Below, in pieces: positions 1 to 8,350 of a stretch of 64,000 nucleotides of DNA. The stretch is from an uncultured Aequorivita sp. Lineage in GTDB: Bacteria > Bacteroidota > Bacteroidia > Flavobacteriales > Flavobacteriaceae. The position numbers were made by a program, and so were the translations under genes. Every line of letters starts with the position of its first letter. The first letter of the stretch is position 1. The stretch lies in contig CAYSLM010000001.1 of NCBI GenBank assembly GCA_964431895.1, positions 792 through 64,791 of the forward strand, given 5' to 3'. The notes beneath the pieces were generated by a model. The model saw nothing but the letters and a program-made list of their open reading frames with translations, ran no database searches and was not told the DNA's origin.

Positions 1-356
1 GAAAGTTTATTTGTTTCGAAAAATAATCGATGCTTTTTAATAAAGCTGGTTACATATTGCTCAGGGACCATCTGGCCATTTATCTTAATTCGCTCCCGAA
101 AATCCTTTAGGTGAGGCGAGGTGTAGAGTCCGGTTTTATAGCCCGCCTCCTGAAAGACCGAGGCCAGCATATGGCTAGTACTGCCCTTGCCGTTGGTGCC
201 AGCCACGTGTACGCTTTTGAAACTTTGTTGGGGGTTATCCAGATATTCAGCCAACCGGATGGTGGCAGTCAAATCTGCTTTATAGGCAGCCTGGCCCATC
301 CGTTGGTACATGGGCAGTTGGGCATAGAGCCATTGTATGGTTTCCTGATAGTTGAT
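1..356 (-). CDS. folC: Folylpolyglutamate synthase/dihydrofolate synthase, 5' part (runs off left edge)
   Basis: Manual minus-strand translation: xNYQETIQWLYAQLPMYQ...VHVAGTNGKGSTSHMLAS...GLYTSPHLKDFRERI (FolC P-loop and TSPHL motif). Not in the ORF track; the apparent start codon is ATC. Confidence 0.92.
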   Translation of the reverse strand, partial: MNYQETIQWLYAQLPMYQRMGQAAYKADLTATIRLAEYLDNPQQSFKSVHVAGTNGKGSTSHMLASVFQEAGYKTGLYTSPHLKDFRERIKINGQMVPEQYVTSFIKKHRLFFETNKL

Positions 357-381
357 GGTTAAGTGGATTTTGGCAACAAAG

Positions 382-1200
382 TTATTCAGAAAGGCTGAAC
401 TTGTATATAATCCTGCCAACCTGTTTTACAGGGGCGTTTGCATCGGCATTGAATTTGGTAGCAAGGGCCGCGCGTTTGGCAGGTTCGGTAAGGCAGCTTG
501 CGTTGTTGGTAGTACCACGGATGCCCGGAGTGGCGCTCACCACCCTCCCGCTGCGGTCCACTTCAATCCTGACCACTACGGTGCCGGCCTCGTTGCAGTT
601 TTGCATAAACTTTTCCTTATTCAATGCTTTTCTGCCGCCCAAGAGATAGTTGCCATCGCCGTCCAGACCCATTCCGGTGCCGTAATAGGCGTTGGCATTG
701 GGGTCTCCATCGGGACTGCCCTTGTCGCCGGGCGAGGTGTCATTTCCCTCGCCTCCCTTGGCCGTACCATCGCTCTTTGGCCCGTTCAGGATACTGGAAA
801 GCGCATCGGTAGTGGATTTGTCGGGTTTGGGGTCTGGCTTTTTGGTTTCTTTTTTGGGCTGTTCCTTTACCGGTGCTTCGTCTTGTTGCTTTTTCGGTTT
901 TTCTTTTTTGATTACGGGGGCCTCATCAACATCCTGGGTCACCACTTCCTCCTTAATCTCCGACTTGGGTTGCGAGACCGGTTGTGCAGTTGTAGGTTGC
1001 GGGGCCGATTGGATTTTTTCGGTGGGCTGAATATTGCCGCTGCCGGTTTCAGTGGTACCAAAATTAATGGCAATGCCCTGTTCGAGTGGCGGGTCGAGAT
1101 ATTTCATTCCCACATAAAACAAAAGAATTATGATAAGGATATGCACGATAACCGTGATAACCATACTTTTTCTCTTATGTTCTGTATCTAAAAGGCCCAA
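382..1200 (-). CDS. tonB: TonB-like energy transducer
   Basis: N-terminal TM helix, Pro/Lys/Glu-rich linker, TonB C-terminal-like domain (VVVRIEVDRSGRVVSA); downstream of exbBD. Confidence 0.85.
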   Translation of the reverse strand: MGLLDTEHKRKSMVITVIVHILIIILLFYVGMKYLDPPLEQGIAINFGTTETGSGNIQPTEKIQSAPQPTTAQPVSQPKSEIKEEVVTQDVDEAPVIKKEKPKKQQDEAPVKEQPKKETKKPDPKPDKSTTDALSSILNGPKSDGTAKGGEGNDTSPGDKGSPDGDPNANAYYGTGMGLDGDGNYLLGGRKALNKEKFMQNCNEAGTVVVRIEVDRSGRVVSATPGIRGTTNNASCLTEPAKRAALATKFNADANAPVKQVGRIIYKFSLSE

Positions 1201-1305
1201 GGTTTCGGATTTCAGGTGTTGGTAAAAAATCTATACATTCCCAAGTTGATTCTCCGCAAATCTGCTTCCCGTAAAATACGGGCGTACTTGCGGCGGCTGA
1301 ACATT

Positions 1306-1698
1306 TTAATCAGGTCTCACGGCCAGCACCACCTTAAACCTATTGCGGTTTGCTATATCCATAACAAAAACGGCATCCTCAATGGGTACGCCCTCTTCGG
1401 CGCGAAGGATAATGGTGGGTTCCTCCTGTGCTGACAGCACTTTTTTAAGTTCTTTTTCAATACCGTATTCACTTACGCGCTCCTTATTTACATAATAGGC
1501 TCCTTCTTTTGTAATGCTCACAGAGGCCTTTTGCACGTTGGTAGTCTTGCCTTTTGCCCTGGGCAAAATCATATCCAGTGCCTCAGGGGTAATGGCCGGA
1601 GAGGTGAGCAGGAAAAACACCAATAGCAGAAACACAATATCTGTCATGGAGCTCATACTAAACTCGGCACTCACCTTATTTCTTCCTCGTAAATTCAT
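1306..1698 (-). CDS. exbD: Biopolymer transporter ExbD
   Basis: MSSMTDIVFLLLVFF TM with conserved Asp; IILRAE motif. Confidence 0.95.
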   Translation of the reverse strand: MNLRGRNKVSAEFSMSSMTDIVFLLLVFFLLTSPAITPEALDMILPRAKGKTTNVQKASVSITKEGAYYVNKERVSEYGIEKELKKVLSAQEEPTIILRAEEGVPIEDAVFVMDIANRNRFKVVLAVRPD

Positions 1699-2402
1699 TA
1701 CGCAGGCTCGTTTAGGAGGTCGAGGAAGTCTACGGCGGTGGCTTCCATTTGGTGCACCACCTTATCGGTACGTACCACGAGGTGGTTATAGCCCATATAG
1801 GCAATAATACCCACGATCAATCCGGCTACGGTAGTGGTCATGGCGGTGTAAATACCCTCGGCCAGCTTGCCCATCTCGGCCTGGCCGCCGCTTGTGGCCA
1901 ATTCGTGAAAGGCGAGCACCATCCCTATCACGGTACCGAGGAAGCCGATCATGGGGGCTGCTCCAGCAATGGTTGCCAGAACACTTACGTTTTTCTCCAG
2001 TTTATAGACCTCTAGCCTTCCGGCATTTTCAATGGCGGTATTGATATCTTCCAGCGGACTCCCTATGCGCGATATTCCTTTTTGCGTTAAGTGGGAAACG
2101 GGGGTATTGTTTTGGGCGCAAAGCACCTTGGCCGCCTGTATGTTGCCCTTGGCCACATGGTCCTTTATCTGGTTCATAAAATTACTGTCCATCTTGGTAG
2201 CTGCCTTAATGGCGAATAACCTTTCAAAATAAATATACACGGCTACAAAAAGGAGCACAAAGAGTACAATGATGATAATTTGGCCGGCTATGCCACCCGT
2301 AAGCAACAGGTCCATGATAGAGAGGGTTTTCTCTTGCACTTCGGCAGCGGGTTCAAGATTTTGCGCTACCTCAGCACCCTCTTGAATAAAGAAGTTTAAC
2401 AT
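1698..2402 (-). CDS. exbB: MotA/TolQ/ExbB proton channel
   Basis: APMIGFLGTVIGM and GIYTAMTTTVAGL motifs; stop overlaps exbD start. Confidence 0.95.
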   Translation of the reverse strand: MLNFFIQEGAEVAQNLEPAAEVQEKTLSIMDLLLTGGIAGQIIIIVLFVLLFVAVYIYFERLFAIKAATKMDSNFMNQIKDHVAKGNIQAAKVLCAQNNTPVSHLTQKGISRIGSPLEDINTAIENAGRLEVYKLEKNVSVLATIAGAAPMIGFLGTVIGMVLAFHELATSGGQAEMGKLAEGIYTAMTTTVAGLIVGIIAYMGYNHLVVRTDKVVHQMEATAVDFLDLLNEPA

Positions 2403-2453
2403 AGAATTTTCTTTCTTGTTTTAGTGAATAACGGAATAAGGTTCTGTAAATTG

Positions 2454-3833
2454 TTACACGTGGTGAAATATTACCCGTTCGAAAAGCAGGAAGGTTCCCG
2501 CCCCAGCCAGGAAGCCGATAAAGGCCAACCAGCTTATCTTTTTGAGGTACCAGATAAAATCGATACGTTCCATTCCCATAGCGGCCACCCCGGCAGCTGA
2601 ACCGATGATGAGCATACTGCCCCCGGTACCGGCCGAGTAGGCAATGAAGTGCCACAATACCGCATCAATAGGCATATCATACATCCCCATGGAAGCTGCC
2701 ACCAATGGCACGTTATCAATAATGGCCGAGAGAACACCCAACAACAGGATAACCACATCCTGGTTGGGAATGGCTCTTTGCAAGACTTCGGCCACATATC
2801 TCAGTGTGCCCACCTCTTCCCCATTGATAGTGCCGTAAACCAAGGCTTCCAGGCCAGCAACGGCCATAAGGATACCGAGGAAAAAGAGGATACTTGATAT
2901 TTCAATGCGCGAAAGGGCCTTATGGGCCGAATAAAGGTGGCGCCTCTCTTTGGTAAAATCCTCCTCCGGATGTATGTATTCCGAAACCAGCCACACCACG
3001 CCCAGTGCCAACATCATTCCCATATAGGGCGGCAGGTGGGTAAGCGTTTTAAAAACAGGTACCGAGATTATCATTCCCAGCCCCAAAAACAACATGGTCC
3101 TACTGCTGAGCAGGGCCTCCTCGGCTTTGTCCTCACGGGCATCAACCTCAATATTCCCTCTAAATACAGGCAGATAACTAGCAATGAGAAAGGGCAGGGC
3201 AAAACACACAATAGAGGGCAATACCACAAATTCAATAAGGCCGGCGGCAGTCAATTTCTTGGCAATCCAAAGCATGGTAGTGGTAACATCACCAATGGGC
3301 GACCAGGCCCCTCCCGCGTTGGCGGCAATTACCACCAGGGCGGCATACCATATCCTGTCTTCCCTTTTATGGATCAATTTTCTCAATAGGGTGATAAGTA
3401 CAATAGTGGCCGTTAGGTTGTCAATGATTGCGGATAGAATGAAGGCCAGCACCCCGATTATCCAAAGAAGTTTTCTTTTGCTCTTGGTACGTACGGCACT
3501 CTTGAGCACCTCAAAGCCACGGTGCAGGTCGATGATTTCAACAATGGTCATGGCCCCGATCAAGAAAATCAATATCTCTGCGGTTTTTCCCAAATGGTGC
3601 AGCAGGGTGCCCTCAAAACCTTCCATGGCAGCCTCTCCGCCAGAAAGATAGTTGAATGCCTGGTCTTCACTGTTGATAACATCAAACCAACCGCTGGTAA
3701 AACCAATTGCCAGAACGGCCCAGATAAGAGCGGCCATAATCAAAGCCGGAACGGTTTTGTCCAGTCGAAGCGGATGTTCCAAGGTAATGGACAGGTAGCC
3801 CAATGCGAAAATTAAGATAATGATTGATTCCAT
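2454..3833 (-). CDS. nhaD: Na+/H+ antiporter NhaD family
   Basis: Multi-TM; IIDNLTAT, AANAGGAWSPIGDVTT, AIIDNVPLVAA, GGSMLIIGSAAG. Confidence 0.92.
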   Translation of the reverse strand: MESIIILIFALGYLSITLEHPLRLDKTVPALIMAALIWAVLAIGFTSGWFDVINSEDQAFNYLSGGEAAMEGFEGTLLHHLGKTAEILIFLIGAMTIVEIIDLHRGFEVLKSAVRTKSKRKLLWIIGVLAFILSAIIDNLTATIVLITLLRKLIHKREDRIWYAALVVIAANAGGAWSPIGDVTTTMLWIAKKLTAAGLIEFVVLPSIVCFALPFLIASYLPVFRGNIEVDAREDKAEEALLSSRTMLFLGLGMIISVPVFKTLTHLPPYMGMMLALGVVWLVSEYIHPEEDFTKERRHLYSAHKALSRIEISSILFFLGILMAVAGLEALVYGTINGEEVGTLRYVAEVLQRAIPNQDVVILLLGVLSAIIDNVPLVAASMGMYDMPIDAVLWHFIAYSAGTGGSMLIIGSAAGVAAMGMERIDFIWYLKKISWLAFIGFLAGAGTFLLFERVIFHHV

Positions 3834-3852
3834 AGGATCTCGGTGATATTAA

Positions 3853-5079
3853 TTACAACAATTGTTTCAACGCAATTTCAAAAGCGGTCTTGCTGATGTT
3901 CCGTTTGGTACTATTATTATCAAAGGTGTTCTGGATGGCATTTTTGATGGTGATGGAGGTATCATTAAAAATGGCCTCGTCGGTCATCTGTACCTTTCTT
4001 TCCATAAAATAGGCAAAAACGCGGGCCATCCCGCAGTTGCTTATAAAGTCTGGAATCAAGCTCACCCGCTCATCGGTAAACTGCATAATGGGGCCAAAGA
4101 AAATTTCCTTATCGGCAAAGGGCACATTGGCACCACAGCTGATTATCTCCAAACCGGTATCGATCATTTGCGAAATCTGTTCCCTGGTCACCAATCTAGA
4201 GGCGGCACAGGGCGCAAAGATTTCGGTCTCGAGCTTCCAGATCTTTTCGTTGATTTCCTCAAAAGGAACCATATGATCTGCTACCAACATATTTCCCTTT
4301 TTATTGAGGAAAAGATTTTTTATTTCATCAAAAGTAAAACCTTCCTTATTGATGACACCCCCATCACGGTCAATGATGCCCACAATCTTGGCACCCATTT
4401 GCGACAGGTAGTAGGCCGCTGCCCCGCCCACATTACCAAATCCTTGAATTACGGCGCGTTTGTCTTTTATGCTGCCGCCATAAATATCGTAATAGTGGTG
4501 CACCGCCTCGGCCACGCCATAGCCGGTAATCATATCGGCCACGGTATAGCGGCGGGAAACATCGGGTGAGTAATGGGAGTTTTCCAACACTTTTATCACC
4601 CCTTGGCGCAAATGACCAAAACGGTTGATTTTATCGGCCTCGGTAGGCTGGAAGTGCCCGTTAAAGACTCCTTCCTGTGGGTGCCATACGCCGCTGCCTT
4701 CGGTCATGGGGATTACCTCGTGAATTTCATCAACGTTCAAGTCGCCGCCTGTTCCGTAATACGCTTTCAACAAGGGCGAAACCGCTTTGAACCACCGCTC
4801 CAGCACGCCTTTTTTGCGCGGGTCGGCCGGGTCAAAGTTGATACCGCTCTTGGCCCCGCCTATTGGTGGGCCGGCCACGGTAAATTTTACTTCCATCGTC
4901 TTGGCAAGGCTTAGCACCTCGTTCATATCGAGCCCTTGGCGCATACGTGTGCCGCCGCCGGCAGCACCACCCCGTAGGGAGTTGATGACCGTCCAGCCTT
5001 CGGCCTCGGTCTCGGGGTCGTTCCAATGGAAAACTATTTCGGGATTTCTTTCTTCGTACTTTTTGAGCAGCTCCTTCAT
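3853..5079 (-). CDS. Glu/Leu/Phe/Val dehydrogenase family protein
   Basis: GGTRMR, MEVKF, GGAKSGI, IQGFGNVG (Rossmann), GAN motifs. Confidence 0.9.
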   Translation of the reverse strand: MKELLKKYEERNPEIVFHWNDPETEAEGWTVINSLRGGAAGGGTRMRQGLDMNEVLSLAKTMEVKFTVAGPPIGGAKSGINFDPADPRKKGVLERWFKAVSPLLKAYYGTGGDLNVDEIHEVIPMTEGSGVWHPQEGVFNGHFQPTEADKINRFGHLRQGVIKVLENSHYSPDVSRRYTVADMITGYGVAEAVHHYYDIYGGSIKDKRAVIQGFGNVGGAAAYYLSQMGAKIVGIIDRDGGVINKEGFTFDEIKNLFLNKKGNMLVADHMVPFEEINEKIWKLETEIFAPCAASRLVTREQISQMIDTGLEIISCGANVPFADKEIFFGPIMQFTDERVSLIPDFISNCGMARVFAYFMERKVQMTDEAIFNDTSITIKNAIQNTFDNNSTKRNISKTAFEIALKQLL

Positions 5080-5097
5080 GAATTATGAAAAGTTAAG

Positions 5098-5125
5098 GCA
5101 CTCCTTTGCCAAGGCTATGGAGGGC
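5098..5125. repeat. REP-like imperfect hairpin in the 5' UTR of the dehydrogenase
   Basis: gc-a-ctcc-ttt-gcc-aa-ggc-tat-ggag-g-gc. Confidence 0.5.
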
Positions 5126-5130
5126 AAGGG

Positions 5131-5138
5131 CAAATATA
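5131..5138 (-). promoter_or_regulatory. Bacteroidota -7 promoter element (TATATTTG) for the dehydrogenase-nhaD-exbBD-tonB-folC run
   Basis: Exact TAnnTTTG match about 50 nt upstream of the ATG. Confidence 0.65.
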
Positions 5139-5202
5139 AAAACTTGTGGGGGGTTTATATTTTTTTTTTGGGATAAAATTTATGCGGCCTGGGCTTTTCA
5201 AA

Positions 5203-5236
5203 TAAAAAACCCCTCAAAATATACTTTCGAGGGGTC
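5203..5236 (-). terminator. Intrinsic terminator after the lipoprotein gene
   Basis: acccctc...gaggggt stem with an adjacent A-run (U-tract on the minus strand). Confidence 0.65.
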
Positions 5237-5269
5237 GGGATAGATGTTTTACTCGGTTTTTGAAATTAT

Positions 5270-5695
5270 CTAATCGCGCAATTTCATATATCGTTCGGCG
5301 CATATTTCGTCGCAGCCCGTGCTCCCGTCGGGCAAAACAAATGACAGCAACAGCTTTCCCTCCTCAAAGGTATAGGCATATTTTACCAAATTGCCGTTAT
5401 CGCACACCAGGGAAATAATGTCCATATCAAAATTTTGGGGGGAATTTTCCGTGACCGAATAATTTCCAGAGACACATGCCATTTGGCTGTCCACCACGTC
5501 AAAGGTGTTGTCTTCTTTTAAAATTATTGTCTGGCCATTTTCAATGGGTGTAACAATGCGGTTTGCGCCGTCGCTACCCACAAATGCCTCTGCCTTCCAT
5601 TTTCCGATAAGGGAGTTTTCCGCCTCGGGCCTATCGCTCTTGCTGCAGGCAGCTAGAATAGGCAATAGTAAAAACAAGTAGATTATCTTTTTCAT
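5270..5695 (-). CDS. Small lipoprotein, lipocalin-like
   Basis: Lipobox LAAC, LIGKW motif, beta-rich, 141 aa. Confidence 0.75.
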   Translation of the reverse strand: MKKIIYLFLLLPILAACSKSDRPEAENSLIGKWKAEAFVGSDGANRIVTPIENGQTIILKEDNTFDVVDSQMACVSGNYSVTENSPQNFDMDIISLVCDNGNLVKYAYTFEEGKLLLSFVLPDGSTGCDEICAERYMKLRD

Positions 5696-5804
5696 GTGTA
5701 TAAAGTATTTGCATCAATCTTTTACTAAGGTAAAAAAAAAGCTTTTATCCTAGAATAATCTGGGATTTGGCAAATGAACATCCGCAACAAACCCCGCCTT
5801 TCAA

Positions 5805-6863
5805 TCAAGGTAAATAGACCCTGCCCGAAGTATGGTCCCGTTCCGCACCCGTGACACTCGCCAAACAATTCACCTCCTCCCGAAGTTTCAGTACGCCCAA
5901 CAGTCCAAAAATCAAGGCCTCTTTGTATTCTACAATTTCGGGGGAAGGAATAACAACCTCAACCGAAGCCAGCTTTTCCAATCTTTCGATCAAAAAAGAA
6001 TTGTAAGCGCCGCCACCCGTTACCAGTACTCGCCCCTTGGAGAATTGCTGGGCGAGCTGGGTGGCAATATGTTCGGTAAAGGTGCGCAAAATATTTTCGG
6101 AAGAATTATCGGAAGCATCCAAAAGGGGAAAAATATGTTTCCTCACCCATTCCAGCCCAAGGGATTTGGGAGGTTCTTCCGAATAATAGTGCAAGGCATT
6201 CAATTTTTCCAAAAGAGCGGGGTCAAGTTTTCCGGAAGCGGCCAGATTGCCACCTTTATCAAAATCATTCCCCAGTTTTTCGGCATAGCGGTTCAGCACG
6301 ATGTTTACGGGGCAAATGTCGAAAGCGATGCGCTCTCCATTTTTTTCAAAAGATACATTGGCAAAGCCGCCCAAATTCAAACAACAATCATATTCCCCAA
6401 AAAGCAACCTATCACCGATAGGCACTAAGGGAGCACCCTGGCCCCCAAATTGCACGTCCTGCACCCGAAAATCGCAGACCACCGTTTGGCCAAGCAATTT
6501 TGAAAGCCGGGGAAGGTTGCCAATCTGGTAGGTAAACCCCCGTTCGGGCTGGTGCAAAACGGTATGGCCGTGGCTGCAAACGGCATCAATTCCCAAAATG
6601 TTGTGCCGTTTAATAAAGGCCGAAATTTCCTCGGAGAGTTTCTCGGTGTACTTAAAATCAAGCCGCTCGAGTTGTTCCCTGGAATAGGAAACAGCTTCGC
6701 GAAGCTCGTTTTTCCAGAAGGAGGAATAGGGCACGGTTTCGGTAGTGATGATTTCAAAGTTCCACTTTGATTCGAAATAAGTGAAAACAATTTCTACCAG
6801 ATCAATCCCATCCAGCGAGGTGCCGCTCATTACGCCAATGATATGATATTTGTTCTTTTTCAA
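5805..6863 (-). CDS. anmK: Anhydro-N-acetylmuramic acid kinase
   Basis: IGVMSGTSLDGID, SHGHT, GGQGAPLVP, LNLGGFAN, KEALIF. Confidence 0.95.
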   Translation of the reverse strand: MKKNKYHIIGVMSGTSLDGIDLVEIVFTYFESKWNFEIITTETVPYSSFWKNELREAVSYSREQLERLDFKYTEKLSEEISAFIKRHNILGIDAVCSHGHTVLHQPERGFTYQIGNLPRLSKLLGQTVVCDFRVQDVQFGGQGAPLVPIGDRLLFGEYDCCLNLGGFANVSFEKNGERIAFDICPVNIVLNRYAEKLGNDFDKGGNLAASGKLDPALLEKLNALHYYSEEPPKSLGLEWVRKHIFPLLDASDNSSENILRTFTEHIATQLAQQFSKGRVLVTGGGAYNSFLIERLEKLASVEVVIPSPEIVEYKEALIFGLLGVLKLREEVNCLASVTGAERDHTSGRVYLP

Positions 6864-6907
6864 CTTTTTATGAATATTATAAGTTTAAAGATACTAATGA
6901 TGTTTTG

Positions 6908-7039
6908 AAAAATTCCAAATTACAAGCTACAAATACCAAATAAACGATAAATTTTAGGGCTGAACCCTTTTGGGATTTGGGTTTTGGAACCAGCCTGCCG
7001 CAGGCAGGTTTGGGTTTTGGAATTTGGGTTTTGGAATTT
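6908..7039. repeat. Inverted 7-bp tandem arrays with a GC palindrome (MITE/REP-like)
   Basis: Left arm aaattcc/aaattac/aagctac/aaatacc; right arm tttggga/tttgggt/tttggaa, then cctgcc-gca-ggcagg, then (tttgggt tttggaa)x2. Confidence 0.75.
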
Positions 7040-7051
7040 CCATTTTATAAG

Positions 7052-7059
7052 TACCTTTG
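7052..7059 (+). promoter_or_regulatory. -7 promoter element TACCTTTG for the acyl-CoA dehydrogenase
   Basis: TAnnTTTG 41 nt upstream of ATG 7101, with TTTG at 7030-7033. Confidence 0.65.
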
Positions 7060-7100
7060 CCCATTCTTTATTTAAATTAACCTCTACTTACAACAAGCTT

Positions 7101-8243
7101 ATGGATTTCAGTCTATCCGAAGAACACAAGATGATTCGCGACGCCGCGCGCGACTTTGCCCGTACCGAACTGCTTCCGGGCGTTATTGAACGCGATACCC
7201 ACCAGAAATTCCCAACCGAACAAGTCAAGAAAATGGCCGAGCTCGGCTTTCTCGGGATGATGGTAGATCCCAAATACGGCGGCGGCGGGATGGACACCGT
7301 GAGCTATGTACTGGTAATGGAGGAACTCAGCAAGATTGACGCTTCCTGCTCCGTAATCGTTTCCGTGAACAACTCACTGGTTTGCTACGGACTTGAAAAA
7401 TACGGTACCGAAGAGCAAAAACAAAAATACCTTACCAAACTGGCCACTGGCGAAAAACTGGGTGCTTTCTGCCTTAGCGAGCCCGAAGCGGGCAGCGACG
7501 CTACTTCACAGCGCACTACGGCCATTGACAAAGGCGACCATTATGTGCTTAACGGTACCAAAAACTGGATTACCAACGGAGGAACGGCCGATTATTATTT
7601 GGTCATCGCCCAGACCGACAAGGAGAAAAAACACCACGGCATCAACGCCTTTATCGTTGAGAAAGGCTGGGAAGGTTTTGAGATCGGCCCCAAGGAAGAC
7701 AAGTTGGGCATCCGTGGCAGTGACACCCATTCCCTGATATTCAATGATGTAAAGGTTCCGAAGGAAAACCGCATTGGCGAAGACGGTTTCGGCTTTACCT
7801 TTGCCATGAAAACCCTTTCGGGCGGCCGTATCGGCATCGCCGCCCAAGCTTTGGGAATTGCCGCTGGAGCCTACGATTTGGCGCGTGAATACAGCAAAGT
7901 GCGCAAGGCTTTTGGCACCGAAATCTGCAACCACCAGGCCATCGCCTTTAAACTTGCCGATATGCACACCAGTATTGAAGCAGCCCGCCACTTGGTGATG
8001 AAAGCTGCTTGGGACAAAGACCAAGGCAACAATTATGATATGAGTGGCGCCATGGCAAAATTATATGCCAGTCAAGTAGCGATGGACGTAACCGTTGAAG
8101 CGGTACAAGTGCATGGCGGAAATGGCTACGTAAAGGAATATCACGTGGAACGTTTGATGCGCGATGCAAAAATTACCCAGATTTACGAAGGCACTTCAGA
8201 AATTCAGAAGATCGTTATCTCGAGAGGGCTTTTGAGGGATTGA
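7101..8243 (+). CDS. Acyl-CoA dehydrogenase (short/branched-chain type)
   Basis: FCLSEPEAGSDA, NGTKNWITNG, RKAFG, QIYEGTSEIQ; start moved from 6984 to ATG 7101. Confidence 0.95.
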   Translation: MDFSLSEEHKMIRDAARDFARTELLPGVIERDTHQKFPTEQVKKMAELGFLGMMVDPKYGGGGMDTVSYVLVMEELSKIDASCSVIVSVNNSLVCYGLEKYGTEEQKQKYLTKLATGEKLGAFCLSEPEAGSDATSQRTTAIDKGDHYVLNGTKNWITNGGTADYYLVIAQTDKEKKHHGINAFIVEKGWEGFEIGPKEDKLGIRGSDTHSLIFNDVKVPKENRIGEDGFGFTFAMKTLSGGRIGIAAQALGIAAGAYDLAREYSKVRKAFGTEICNHQAIAFKLADMHTSIEAARHLVMKAAWDKDQGNNYDMSGAMAKLYASQVAMDVTVEAVQVHGGNGYVKEYHVERLMRDAKITQIYEGTSEIQKIVISRGLLRD

Positions 8244-8267
8244 TGGAAATATGGCTTTAGGCTGGGC

Positions 8268-8316
8268 AAAAAATAACCCTTCTTGCGTTTTGGCATAGGA
8301 AGGGTTTTCTTTTTTT
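8268..8316. terminator. Intrinsic terminator, probably bidirectional, between convergent genes
   Basis: aacccttc...gaagggtt stem with an A-run before and a T-run after. Confidence 0.8.
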
Positions 8317-8350
8317 GGAATATTATAATTGAGAGCTTATTTCGCTTTCC

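Noticed and set aside
352-1191. 279-aa plus-strand ORF
   Set aside because: Antisense shadow of tonB; its F/L-rich composition mirrors tonB Lys/Glu codons.
1201-1305. exbD-tonB spacer as a riboswitch or sRNA
   Set aside because: I could not recognise a conserved aptamer or strong stem; an Rfam scan would be needed.
5160-5740. T10 and A9 homopolymers near promoters as phase-variation switches
   Set aside because: Short A/T runs are common in these AT-rich intergenic regions, and there is no evidence of length variation.
6984-7100. N-terminal extension of the acyl-CoA dehydrogenase
   Set aside because: It is a translation of the heptamer repeat, and the -7 promoter lies inside it.
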